IMG/VR virus record: IMGVR_UViG_3300033489_000001
Location: 190,023 to 254,022 of that record
Length of the DNA: 64,000 nt
Source of the DNA: a virus
Taxonomy: Duplodnaviria; Heunggongvirae; Uroviricota; Caudoviricetes
Reading direction: 5' to 3' (one strand)
A program made the translations under genes and the position numbers. Below the pieces are notes generated by a model. The model saw only the letters and a program-made list of their open reading frames with translations, had not been told where the DNA came from and did no database searches. Shown here piece after piece: positions 9,959 to 20,042 of this stretch (its first letter is position 1; every line of letters begins with the position of its first letter).

Positions 9959-10597
9959 CTAAGCCACCTCCTTAACTTTCATGATCCCCCACTTTTTTAC
10001 TTCTTCCCACGATGGATAGTGAACCACGCCCCTCTTTACTTGGAGAGGAGCAAAGTACTGTGGTTGCCGAGGATCAGTAAAGTCCGTTCCGAAATAAGAA
10101 AGGCCAAGATCTTGGGTTAGATCGATTGCTTTTGGAAGAGGCCCCTCGTGCAGTTCCACTAAGGCCATGCACTCACGGATACCGAAGTAGACTTGTCTCC
10201 TCTGTCTCCCCCGCTTTGCACGTTCGGCAAACATTTTGTCAAACTTTGGGATCGTATCTTCTGGCGGATTCGCGTTAGAAGAAAGTTCCATGTGCCCAAT
10301 AAAGAGATAGTCCACATTTCTCAGGTAAACGTTGGTTCTTTGGGTGTGCTGTTTCTCATGGGTGTACGGCCCCGGCCCGTTAAATTTCAGTTCGTTTTGG
10401 GTTATGATTATGTAGCGAGGTTCCGCTAAAATATGAACCTCTGTGACGAACCAATTGACCGCTAGATGTCCCATGATGCCCCTGAAAAGCCCTACCCCCG
10501 CATCATGCGACCCTATGATTTGCGAATGTCTTTCCGATCGGAAAGCCGGTGGGGTCCACATCGCAAATGGACCACTTGCGCGGATAATCCAGTTCAT
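9959..10597 (-). CDS. cas5: Cas5c (Cas5d), divergent
   Basis: GPFAMWTPPAFRSER, QRTNVYLRNVDY, KMFAERAKRG..VYFGIREC match Cas5c; start reassigned to 10597 because GGAG lies 6 nt upstream. Confidence 0.9.
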   Translation of the reverse strand: MNWIIRASGPFAMWTPPAFRSERHSQIIGSHDAGVGLFRGIMGHLAVNWFVTEVHILAEPRYIIITQNELKFNGPGPYTHEKQHTQRTNVYLRNVDYLFIGHMELSSNANPPEDTIPKFDKMFAERAKRGRQRRQVYFGIRECMALVELHEGPLPKAIDLTQDLGLSYFGTDFTDPRQPQYFAPLQVKRGVVHYPSWEEVKKWGIMKVKEVA

Positions 10598-10759
10598 ATT
10601 CATCTCCATTTGATCTGCGGTTGTATATACAACCAGTTTTTCAAGCGTTCCAACGATAAGATATGGCAACCTTCCTGTAAAGAGAAAATTGAAAGAAAGT
10701 TACAAGTCTATGAAACTACAACTGTTTCATAGACTTGTAACAAGAAGCGCTAATTACCA

Positions 10760-11719
10760 TTAAACAGTCTGACCTAGGCTTTTTAGGAAAGCGAGGGCTT
10801 TATCCTCAACTTCTTCGTTGTCTAGAGCGCCGGTTAGAACCACTTGTACAGCGCCTTCTATACCCGTAACGCTAAACGTAAACGTTGACGGATTCTGGGG
10901 GTCGATTTGCTCTTCTACTTTGAATTGTTTTGGCACGTATACACGATAAAGCCGAGGACCTTGGTCGTGATCTACCTGCTCAAAGATATTCTTTTGGCAA
11001 CCCATGGCCAGGACTTGGGAAATATAAGCGTCTAGCTCGTTAGAGAGCCCTTTTGGTTCTTTTACTTTTAACTTTTGATCAATCTTTTTTAACTCCTGAG
11101 CAACCTCTTGGAAGGACATTGTCTTTTTTCCCAACACGGCCTTGATCTTCTCTTGCATAGTCCGTTGAGGCTTTTCTAGCACAGGTTGATCTGCTGATTG
11201 TTTCTCATAGGAAGCTAACATGGCATTAGTCCTATCCCTGGTGAGCTTGTTGTAGCGGTCCCGGAAGTGATGCCAGGCTCGTTTACTTCCTGGGTATTTG
11301 GAATGGAAGTAGTTTGCTATTTCTTTGAAAGACACCTTTTGTTCATCGTGTAGAGCTTCTAAAAGGTCGTCTTGTTCGGTAGTCCATCCCGTATTCAAGT
11401 TGGCAATAACCTTCTTGGCCACTTGTTGATCTTTGTCTTGACGGTAGATCTCTTTTAAGGCTTGTTCTGGAATCCTCAGACGTGATCTGGCTCCTTTAGC
11501 CCCTTTTGTCTCTTTCATGTCCTCTGCAAAACCCCCTTCCCGGCTTTTTTCGTGTAGCTGGTGAACACGGGTTTCACATCCCTTTTTTGTTCTTTTACTC
11601 CCCTTAAAGCGATTGTTTAGTTGGATGGTTATGTCCGAAAGTGCTATCCCTGAATTGTATAGGGAAGCTAACATCTGATCCTGTTCTAGCGTCCATAGGC
11701 TTTCTTTTTTGATCTTCAT
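10760..11719 (-). CDS. Tandem Myb/SANT-like DNA-binding protein with an additional HTH-like segment
   Basis: Two repeats: WTLEQDQML...KRTKKGCETRVHQL and WTTEQDDLL...KRAWHHFRDRYNKL. Confidence 0.75.
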   Translation of the reverse strand: MKIKKESLWTLEQDQMLASLYNSGIALSDITIQLNNRFKGSKRTKKGCETRVHQLHEKSREGGFAEDMKETKGAKGARSRLRIPEQALKEIYRQDKDQQVAKKVIANLNTGWTTEQDDLLEALHDEQKVSFKEIANYFHSKYPGSKRAWHHFRDRYNKLTRDRTNAMLASYEKQSADQPVLEKPQRTMQEKIKAVLGKKTMSFQEVAQELKKIDQKLKVKEPKGLSNELDAYISQVLAMGCQKNIFEQVDHDQGPRLYRVYVPKQFKVEEQIDPQNPSTFTFSVTGIEGAVQVVLTGALDNEEVEDKALAFLKSLGQTV

Positions 11720-11756
11720 TTCTCCTCACTTGTAGATGAAGTCTTTCAATACTTTC

Positions 11757-11786
11757 ATTACTACACCGAAAAAAGGACTTATGCAA
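11757..11786 (-). promoter_or_regulatory. Promoter of the Myb-cas operon (genome-wide motif TTGnnn-N17-TAGTAA, spacer ending CGGTG)
   Basis: Minus strand TTGCAT-17 nt-TAGTAAT; same motif found at 11 or more other gene starts. Confidence 0.75.
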
Positions 11787-11934
11787 GTATTTTAGTAAAA
11801 GATCAATAGTTGTACTTCGGATAAACCTACCCCTGGCATAGAAAATCCTTAGAATTCAATAACTTACATTGCAAAAGTGTTAGATCAAGAAAAAGATAAA
11901 AACGAAGGCCCCCGACGCACCTTGTTTCAGTTTT

Positions 11935-11958
11935 AACTTCAACTTAGAAGTTGAAGTT
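11935..11958. promoter_or_regulatory. Perfect palindrome, candidate operator
   Basis: AACTTCAACTT-AG-AAGTTGAAGTT upstream of the cas promoter. Confidence 0.45.
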
Positions 11959-11966
11959 TGATCTCT

Positions 11967-12171
11967 ATATACTGTACAAAAGAAGATTGGTTACTCTTCT
12001 TCCCAATTCATGTGTTAGATTAAAAAGAAAGACCCGAACTTTATTCAAGCCGGGTCTTTCTCCTTCCTATTAAAAGGAAGGTAGCTTCGTATTTCTATAT
12101 CTCAATTCCGCGCTGTAAAGCCTATGCCAATCACTATTTCAATTAACAGGAAAAAAATTTACCTTCTTCCC
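11967..12171 (-). repeat. Isolated degenerate CRISPR repeats and hairpins upstream of the cas operon
   Basis: 12136-12171 ATTTCAATTAACAGGAAAAAAATTTACCTTCTTCCC and 11967-12004 resemble the array repeat; handle-like ATCTCAATTCC at 12099-12109; 11-bp stem at 12026-12061. Confidence 0.6.
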
Positions 12172-12336
12172 AATTGTTTTCTTCTCAGGATCTACCTAAA
12201 AATAAACTTTTGTAAATTATACCCAGAAAGCACTAAGCGCAACTAAAAAATTAGTGTGGCATGACTCCAGAAAGATATTATTCGATTTCAAAGTGGGCGT
12301 CTGGGCATAGTCTAGAGAGAGGTTACACCAATTTTC

Positions 12337-14532
12337 CTAAACGTTTTCTTCGCCTTGTGGGGTTGGTTCATTCTCTGCATAAGGAAAGACAACACTGTCA
12401 ATTAAGTCTAATAGGTAGGCCGATACATTTCCGGTGAAATATTCTTCCCCTGTCATGTGAGAATGTCCCGTCTTGTGCTCATACCCTATTTTGTCCCCAC
12501 AAAAATTGAGTGTGAGCACCGAAGCTATGGCATCATTCCTGAACTCTGCACTTATAGTATCGTTTTTGACGTAAAGTTCCGTCGGAGTGCAATTTAGACC
12601 AAGGTCCTCGAAGAAAGCCTTGATTGTAACAAAGGTCAGAGTACTAACTGTAGTATGCTTACCATAGAGTGAATCAATCTTGTCAAGCACGGCTTTATAG
12701 AGGATATACTTTGTATAGCTTTGTGGGGGGAACACTTGTTATTCTGTCCCCTTATAAGTGTTTTCATAAGTGTTAAATGCCTAGTACTGAAAAAGGTGGT
12801 CTAGTAGTCCTTGCTTGTAATCAGAAATCTTTTTTCTAACCATAAGCGCCATACGATCAAATAGGTCTATGGGGTAAGTATCAATTCGCTGGTCAAGATA
12901 TTCAAGGGAGCAAGTTTCTTCTATTATTTCCCAGACACGATTGAAGTCTTCTTGTGGCACCCCTTCTTGTTTTAAGATTCGGCGAAGACAAGTTCGAGTA
13001 GCGTCAATTAGGGAGAATTCAAAGGTTTTTCCACACGTATCACACTGAATAAAGACAGAGCCTTTTTTCTTACTCCGCCAGACGGATTCCTTCAGGGATT
13101 CGGATTCGGTTATTGCTGAATGCCTGAGTATGTGCGTACACAAAATCTCTTTACCAGAATAATACCATTTGTTATTTATGATTAGACTAAACATAATTTA
13201 TTAATTTATTAATTTTTGGGTTATGGCAGTAGGGTTTTCCGCTCTGTTTGCGAGGTACTCGTCATGTGCCATTATTCTTATGGTGTTAATATCAAATGGA
13301 AATTCAATAGTAATGTTAAGGCTTCGCACAGTATCATAAGTCTCTTTGAATAAGCACCATAAAGCTTCATTTTCTATTTCCGGGGTTTCTTCGTAGATAG
13401 CTCCCATGGCGCTAGCAATGACCGTTGCACGTTCAACTATATCATAAGCGAGGTCTCCGGAAGTAGTACGCTCTCTTAGCATTGGTATTAAAATTATTCC
13501 AATGTCTAGTTGCTCACCTGTTAGATGTTCTTTGTTGGCTTCAAAGCATTTCTGTAAATTGGTACACCATTCAGCGTCCAGGTCTAAAATAGCTCCTGGT
13601 TGTTTGCTTTCTATTAGATAGAGCATTTGCCGGAAGACTTTATAGTAATGATACATAACTTATACCCTTTAGTATTCATCCTTTAGTAAGCTTTGGTTGG
13701 AAAGCTAGTGTTGCGTGTATGTCTTCTACATGAACAAACTCGGAACAAATGAAACAAGTGGGTTTCTTTACAGTAGCCCCCATTGAACATTTGGTGTGGG
13801 CTCCTGCCGCTATCTTTTCCAAGGGGGCCAATCCATTATCTTTACACCATTTTTTATAGCTTTCCTTCCAACACAGAGAGCAATAACTCTTGAAGTTTTG
13901 ATCAGGGGGTAGGAACTCTACCTCCCCGTGTATTGCGCATGTTTGTTTCATTTTCCTTCTTCCGGCAGCATAAGAGGTTCGTAAGAAACCACTTCTTTTA
14001 GCAATCTAAAGCCAATTAATTTGATAGGTGCAGCACCACCTTTAAAATTCTTAAGGTTCTCACAATAGTCTCTCGCCCGTTTCATAATTACATAACAGAG
14101 ATTGGCCGGAGGAAGGTCATTAAAGAATATAGTTACGCTATGATAAGCAGGCCATTTACCAGGGGAATTTTTATCTATTTTCGTTTGATGCTTTTTTGCT
14201 TCTTCTCTATATTTATCAATTGTATGCTGTTTCTCCCACTCAGAATCCGGATACTCATTACCAAGTCCGTCGTTCCACCAACCAGGAGTAGGCCAAATTT
14301 GGGTGGGACGGCAGCAGCCGTGATTATCTGGGACGTGGAGTATTAAATCACCAAACAGTTTTGCTAAAGTAGTGTTTTTGCACCCCTCTGCAAACAGTCT
14401 TGCCTCGTCTTCACCTATTCCGCATTCTCCAATTTGACCTGTACAGTAAGCCGTCATTTCTCTTTCAAAGTTACCAGCATACTTCTCCGTATCAATTACG
14501 AATAGGTACTTATTGATTTGTTCTTTAGCCAT
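12337..14532 (-). other. Five hypothetical phage CDSs (12337-12735, 12781-13194, 13201-13656, 13676-13951, 13948-14532)
   Basis: Co-directional, closely packed ORFs; no motif recognised. Confidence 0.7.
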
Positions 14533-14553
14533 TGTTTCGTTCTTGTATAAGGT

Positions 14554-15144
14554 TCAAACCTTTGGCCAAGTATTTTGACCGCTATAAAGTCCCATCTCTT
14601 CCGGGTTAGTTTCGGCATAAGTTTGGTCTGGGATCTCGCTAGGAACTTCATTGAGTTTAATCGCACGATCCCATAGGATTGTTGCCGTTGCCGTAGCGAG
14701 ATTCAAGCAATAATGGTTGCGCGTTGGAATGATAACGAACCTGTAGCAAAGGCGTAAAATGCTTTGTGGAATTGAACCGTCTTCCGGGCCAAAGATATAG
14801 ACAGCATTTTTTGGATGCTCAAAATCTTGTAGCCGTTCAGAATTTGGGCGAACTTCGATGGCTACCGGCGTCACATTTTTGAATTGTTCAAGAGGTCGAT
14901 CAAATTGAATCATCTCAACGTCTCTGTACCCCTTCATGCGCTCTTCACGGGGGAGTTTGCCTCGACTTTCAATTTCCATTTGCACGCGGTCCCCGGTATA
15001 CCAAACTTGGCTAAGGCCATAGCAAGAAGCCAAGCGCACAACCATCCCTACGTTGTGAGCGAAGCGGGGGTCAATAAGCACAATTGAAGGAGGTGCTCCA
15101 ATCGGAGGCGCTTTTTTCCCGATGATCAGAGTTTGTTGTTCCAT
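14554..15144 (-). CDS. SpoU/TrmH-family RNA methyltransferase
   Basis: PRFAHNVG, YIFGPEDGS, VIIPT..CLNLATA (SPOUT motifs). Confidence 0.85.
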   Translation of the reverse strand: MEQQTLIIGKKAPPIGAPPSIVLIDPRFAHNVGMVVRLASCYGLSQVWYTGDRVQMEIESRGKLPREERMKGYRDVEMIQFDRPLEQFKNVTPVAIEVRPNSERLQDFEHPKNAVYIFGPEDGSIPQSILRLCYRFVIIPTRNHYCLNLATATATILWDRAIKLNEVPSEIPDQTYAETNPEEMGLYSGQNTWPKV

Positions 15145-15154
15145 CTTGCCTTAA

Positions 15155-16879
15155 TTAGGACATCTTTACAGACCAAACGGCTCCGTCCTTGAGGTATATA
15201 ACTTTCTGATCCCATGTAGAAAGCTGCATATCCGTTGAAATAAATTTGTCTGCCACCTTCTTTATGGAGCCGTTAAGAGGAACGAAGATACATAGCTCGC
15301 CGTCATTTAAAATGGATGCTACTACACCACGCGGAAGGATGGCGAGATTGTGCTCCGCGCTATCTACGTCCCCTTGCCATAGTTTGTAGTTATCGTATCT
15401 TTCATCCAACGTAAGCTCAAATTTTCGGTATTGGCCTTGGTTGTTTATGGCGATCAAACTGATAAACCGATAGCCAGATTTAGCTGTAATGACACTCCAA
15501 CCGTCTAACTCTTTAACCCTAAGTTGAATACAAGAATTGGTACTAAAAGGTGTGATTACAAAAGTGGCTCCAAAGGCGTCTTGTACTCCAACCCCGTCAA
15601 ACCAGTTCGTAGAGTTGATCATCGCCCCCCATGTGTTTCCTAATGATAAAACGGGCCTACCAAAATGGTGAAGGACCAACTCACTTAATCCTTTTTCGGT
15701 AACGGCGAAGAGTCTATTCTCGTATCGAACTAACTTTCGAGTAGTTAGTTCGAGAGGTAATTCTTTTTCTTTTTCCCCATCTGAGAAGAAAAACTTACCC
15801 ACGTTCGCTTTAACTTCTCCCCGTACCCAACCGTGATCTGTTTTTATTATTTCGCAGTCAGTATCCGCATTCTTGAAAGGTTTCTTCTTACTACTTAGGT
15901 CTATAACGTCACCGGATTTCAGCAACACGGCTCCACAATGAAAAACCTTCAATGCTGCGTTAGTTAAATCTTCAAACAGCTTGTCGTATACCAGCACGCC
16001 GGAAGCAGTTATTTGAGCACGATGCTTTTGCACAACAACCGTGGCTAAGCCCGTTGCATATGGCGATGGCGGTTTGGCCCTCAAACCATCTTGGAAGGTA
16101 GCTCTGTACCAGTCTAGCAATTGCCCTGGAATGACGTTAAAGTCCCTTACTGCGTTGTTGAGTTTTACACCAGGAGCAAACACAGAAGCATTTGCCTTCA
16201 TTCGGCTAACTATATCACCCCGCTTAAATCCATCAAGTGTCCCCTTATAAGGGTGTATGCCAGCATACACTTGGAAAGTCACAACACCCCAAGCAAACCA
16301 GTCTGTTAATTGATCAAAGGTTTTACTATGCCAATCACGGATTGATAGCATGATGACGGTTGCGGGCCATTTGCCAATTGCCCAAGAGTCAACATCTATA
16401 GCCTTTGGTTCGGGTTTTGATTTCTGTTTGAGATCAACCAACCAGTTCATTTCATTGGCGTCTACCATGACAGCCTGGTACTCATGTGCGGTACTAACAA
16501 CCCCTCGCATTCCTTCAACTAACTTAGATGCCTCGTCTTTCCCAAATCCATGACTTTGCTGAAAGTCTCCGGTAAATACTCTTGGGAGAGGTTCGGCATC
16601 TGCAAAATCCATGTAATAGCCAATTGGTTCTCCAGAAGGTGATCTGACTAATCCCTGTGGGGCCACAATGCATGGATGTTGAATTTTTGCAAGAAGCTCA
16701 ATTTTATCTGGAATGTTCTCTCGTTGCATTTTTCCCGTGTCAGTGTAAATCTTGATCACGGTTGCGGATGCAACGTATATAGACCCTTCACCCCCGGTGG
16801 CTTTATAGTCACCGGGCTTTAATTTCAACAAACCTCGTTTATCGAGTACAACTTCTAAGTTGCCTTTTGCGCTAGTCAT
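15155..16879 (-). CDS. Ser/Thr protein kinase-like protein (TerY-P type)
   Basis: GGEGSIY, VIKIY, HEYQAVMVDANEMNWLV, IDVDS; long C-terminal domain. Confidence 0.85.
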   Translation of the reverse strand: MTSAKGNLEVVLDKRGLLKLKPGDYKATGGEGSIYVASATVIKIYTDTGKMQRENIPDKIELLAKIQHPCIVAPQGLVRSPSGEPIGYYMDFADAEPLPRVFTGDFQQSHGFGKDEASKLVEGMRGVVSTAHEYQAVMVDANEMNWLVDLKQKSKPEPKAIDVDSWAIGKWPATVIMLSIRDWHSKTFDQLTDWFAWGVVTFQVYAGIHPYKGTLDGFKRGDIVSRMKANASVFAPGVKLNNAVRDFNVIPGQLLDWYRATFQDGLRAKPPSPYATGLATVVVQKHRAQITASGVLVYDKLFEDLTNAALKVFHCGAVLLKSGDVIDLSSKKKPFKNADTDCEIIKTDHGWVRGEVKANVGKFFFSDGEKEKELPLELTTRKLVRYENRLFAVTEKGLSELVLHHFGRPVLSLGNTWGAMINSTNWFDGVGVQDAFGATFVITPFSTNSCIQLRVKELDGWSVITAKSGYRFISLIAINNQGQYRKFELTLDERYDNYKLWQGDVDSAEHNLAILPRGVVASILNDGELCIFVPLNGSIKKVADKFISTDMQLSTWDQKVIYLKDGAVWSVKMS

Positions 16880-17745
16880 TCACTAACTCCAATCACTGCA
16901 TACGAGAAATCATCCTGTGGTCCTTTACCAATTTTGAATGAGTTCTTGAGTTCACGAATAGCTCGACGCTTTGCAAACTCACCATCGGTCGTCTTGAATG
17001 CTAGCATAGCAAGTACTGCTTTCTGCCATTCATATTGATCGATTTGTGTGACCCCATCCGTGAATAGTGCTACATATTTAACATTGTCCTGTATGCGTAT
17101 ATTGATACCATCTATACCGGTAGCCAAATCATGGGAACTTTTAACACTCTCTATAAGAGTACCATCTGCCTTGTAGCCATAGCTCTCTTCGAGTAGCTTG
17201 TCTTTAGCATGTATGTTACCCCCATGTGCTGAAATAAAATCGTTGAGTCTACCCCGATATGAAAGATAAAATGGTATATTGTTAGCCCACTCAAACTTAG
17301 ACATCCAGATCTCACCATTCGCTGATTTGGTAGCTACTACTCCATCCCCCATGATGTTTATAAAGCTACGACCGTCCTTTCTTCGAATGGCATATATACA
17401 AGTTGCTAGTAAATCATCTGGATGAAGATCTAGCTCACTACTTAATGTTGCTAGAGATTGATCTCTTTCCTTGTCAATAAAAGTGTCTTCAAATATTGAC
17501 TCTCCGTTTCGATATGAAGGGGAGAAAACTTTCTTGATTGCTGACGCTGTCGTTAAAACATTTAGTCGAGCACCAAGATCTGTTCGTAGGCCAGAAGAGC
17601 AACCATCTGAAACTATAGCATAGGCAAGGTCATCAACCCTACACTCAGCCCCGGCATAGTCTTGGCAAGGTTTACCCGCACCAACGTGGAGTTGCCCAAT
17701 GCAAAAATAGCTATCTGTAAAAAAGTTCATATAGAGTGTAAACAC
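16876..17745 (-). CDS. PP2C-like protein phosphatase
   Basis: GQLH...PCQD, AIVSDGCSS, MGDG, LFTDG, QDD motifs; start may be at 17730. Confidence 0.88.
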   Translation of the reverse strand: MFTLYMNFFTDSYFCIGQLHVGAGKPCQDYAGAECRVDDLAYAIVSDGCSSGLRTDLGARLNVLTTASAIKKVFSPSYRNGESIFEDTFIDKERDQSLATLSSELDLHPDDLLATCIYAIRRKDGRSFINIMGDGVVATKSANGEIWMSKFEWANNIPFYLSYRGRLNDFISAHGGNIHAKDKLLEESYGYKADGTLIESVKSSHDLATGIDGINIRIQDNVKYVALFTDGVTQIDQYEWQKAVLAMLAFKTTDGEFAKRRAIRELKNSFKIGKGPQDDFSYAVIGVSE

Positions 17746-17747
17746 AA

Positions 17748-17767
17748 AGGCCGGGCAATCCCGGCCT
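17748..17767 (-). terminator. Hairpin between vWA and PP2C genes
   Basis: AGGCCGGG/CCCGGCCT 8-bp stem followed by TTGTGTTT on the minus strand. Confidence 0.5.
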
Positions 17768-17789
17768 CATTTTGTGTCTAGCTTCCATT

Positions 17790-18563
17790 TCAGATAGTTG
17801 CCGCTATGTTCTTGCTTGGCCCGCCGGTTCCTAATGCTTGGCTTTGGCTAGAAATAGACTGAGATACGAACTCCGCCAGTTTAGCCAGTTTGCCTTTAGT
17901 GGCGTCAGCAACATCGATGTATTTGTCAATGCCAGCTTCCGTTTGGAAGACCATCAACTCTTGCTGGACCTCTTTAGCATTGATGCCTATGAGCACCGTA
18001 ACCAGAGATTCTAGCTTCTCATCTTTGACCGCACTAAGGATCTCTTTCTTGATCATCGCTGGAGTAGCTGTTGATAGATTATTCGGCGGTGGGGGGTACT
18101 CGCAACCATCGGTAATGATAAACACAATGCCGTTAGCTGAGAAGTCGTCCTTTATTAGATGCTCACCGTAAGCTACGGTTGCGCCAACCGCTGAAAAGGC
18201 CGCATCGTAGAGGGGCGTTTGACCACTGGTACGGAAGGGCGGGTAAATTTTATCAGGATCTATCTCCACTAAGGGCATAAACCCGTGTAGCTCGTTGACA
18301 TTGTTTGGTTGCGCAGTTGAGAATATAGCTACCCGTAGCAATAAGTTGTTGCTTCTTGGAGACTTCTTGCAAGCATCAACCGCTGCTATTAGTGCGTTTC
18401 GCAACTCTGTTTCCCAACCACCTACAGATCCCGTTACGTCTATTAAGATGGATACTACAGTGTACTCTGTAGCCCCTAAGTGATCAGTTCGAATTGCTGA
18501 AAACCCAAAGTTTTGCAATCCTTTGATTGCACTACTAAACATTTCACCACCAAGTTTTGGCAT
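17790..18563 (-). CDS. vWA-domain protein (TerY-like)
   Basis: MIDAS-like DVTGS, GQTPLYDA, IITDG. Confidence 0.88.
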   Translation of the reverse strand: MPKLGGEMFSSAIKGLQNFGFSAIRTDHLGATEYTVVSILIDVTGSVGGWETELRNALIAAVDACKKSPRSNNLLLRVAIFSTAQPNNVNELHGFMPLVEIDPDKIYPPFRTSGQTPLYDAAFSAVGATVAYGEHLIKDDFSANGIVFIITDGCEYPPPPNNLSTATPAMIKKEILSAVKDEKLESLVTVLIGINAKEVQQELMVFQTEAGIDKYIDVADATKGKLAKLAEFVSQSISSQSQALGTGGPSKNIAATI

Positions 18564-18599
18564 ATTCTTGTTATCTCACTTTCTGTTGTTCAAAGACTC

Positions 18600-19412
18600 T
18601 TACTTTAAGAAATCTTTTGAATTTACTAAATGCATACCCCGCTTTTCCATTTCACGGAGCCACTGTTGCGACATTGTCGGGAAATCCGCACCAGGTACAG
18701 CAGCTATTGAACTGGTGCAATCAGTGAGGATATGGAACTTCTTGATGTGCTCTGGACCGATGTTATCGGCAATCTGGGTTACTGTTTTTCTCAAACAGTG
18801 GCTTAACGCTTCCCCGGCAGCGAGTACAATGTCTGCTTTCTCTAGCATTTCTAGGAAAGGGGTGTTGAGTGACGTTGTAGGATCATCTGGGTCCGGAACT
18901 TCGGCCATTAGAGCACCGTAATGCTCAGTCCACGGATTCGATCCTTTGGTCACGTAATTGACCATACTGAATTCTTTATCTGACCACTCTTGTAGAACCT
19001 CATTGAGTGCCGCGTGTATGTTATGTCCTGGTGTACCAATCAAACAATGTGGGTTCCAGATCTGGAGCTTGTAGGTACCTTGTGCTTCTAACTGTTGTGT
19101 GTATTTAAGCGAACGTGCCCTGGCCTCTTGCGCTCGTGGTGTCCAGATACCGTTAGCAACATCGTCGGCTGAAATAAAGTCAAACGGATTCGGCCGTTTA
19201 CCTGAACTATTCACCCACCAAATCGGATGGGCAATGTCGATTAACCGGTGACTATCCATTGTGATGTGGATATCATCGATTTTTTTCATATTCCTTCTGA
19301 CAAAGACTGCTAACCGGTCCATGTCAGCATTAGCACCTTTTACAGGCAGTGCTGAATCGCCAAAATCGCAGAAATCATACTGTGGATCAATTACTAATAG
19401 ATCGATCTTCAT
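18600..19412 (-). CDS. Nicotinamidase / isochorismatase-family cysteine hydrolase
   Basis: VIDPQYDF, DSH, WNPHC, KGSNPWTEHY, AGEALSHC. Confidence 0.9.
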   Translation of the reverse strand: MKIDLLVIDPQYDFCDFGDSALPVKGANADMDRLAVFVRRNMKKIDDIHITMDSHRLIDIAHPIWWVNSSGKRPNPFDFISADDVANGIWTPRAQEARARSLKYTQQLEAQGTYKLQIWNPHCLIGTPGHNIHAALNEVLQEWSDKEFSMVNYVTKGSNPWTEHYGALMAEVPDPDDPTTSLNTPFLEMLEKADIVLAAGEALSHCLRKTVTQIADNIGPEHIKKFHILTDCTSSIAAVPGADFPTMSQQWLREMEKRGMHLVNSKDFLK

Positions 19413-19541
19413 CTAATATTGTCTCCTCTTTTTGTTATGGTTAAAACTAATTTGCGTAACTAAGTAAGTGCTTTGAGTCTTCATTAGGAGTACCGGCCTT
19501 TCACCGGCCCGGAGAGTTCTGGGACTCTCTAACATAAGTGC

Positions 19542-19970
19542 TTACGTCGCTGATGCCGCTGCTAACATCATAGGGATGGGGTCCTTCTCTAAAGCAATAC
19601 CCACTACCGAACACATAGCGCAAGCGACCAAAATCATGTGTACTGTTTGTAGCTTGTGCGCTAGGTCCATATCCTTCCACTCAACACACGATGGGTTGGT
19701 CAGCGGGCCTTTGGTAGGGTCATCATTCTTCTCAGGCCCGTACACGTAACCCTTCTTCTTTTTACCCGCAAGCCAGTCTTCATGTTCCTTTTTCGCGCTG
19801 AACTTGCCTTCTGCAACTTCAGTAACGAAACGAAACGTGTCCTTACGTTGCCAGTCTAATGCAGCATCCCAGTCTTTCAGAGTGTAATCTTTCAAGACTG
19901 TTCGTAGGTACTTCTGGTGCATGAAATGCACCGCTTTAGCAACAATTTCAATCCCTTCAGTGCGATCCAT
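19542..19970 (-). CDS. RyR-domain-like protein
   Basis: HEDWLAGKKKKGYVYGPEKND...NPSCVEWKDM resembles the phage RyR repeat. Confidence 0.65.
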   Translation of the reverse strand: MDRTEGIEIVAKAVHFMHQKYLRTVLKDYTLKDWDAALDWQRKDTFRFVTEVAEGKFSAKKEHEDWLAGKKKKGYVYGPEKNDDPTKGPLTNPSCVEWKDMDLAHKLQTVHMILVACAMCSVVGIALEKDPIPMMLAAASAT

Positions 19971-20042
19971 CCAATAAAGGAGAACCCCTTTCTATATTGC
20001 AGGCCAAATACCAGTAAAGACCATCCCTACTGGCCCTAACGG

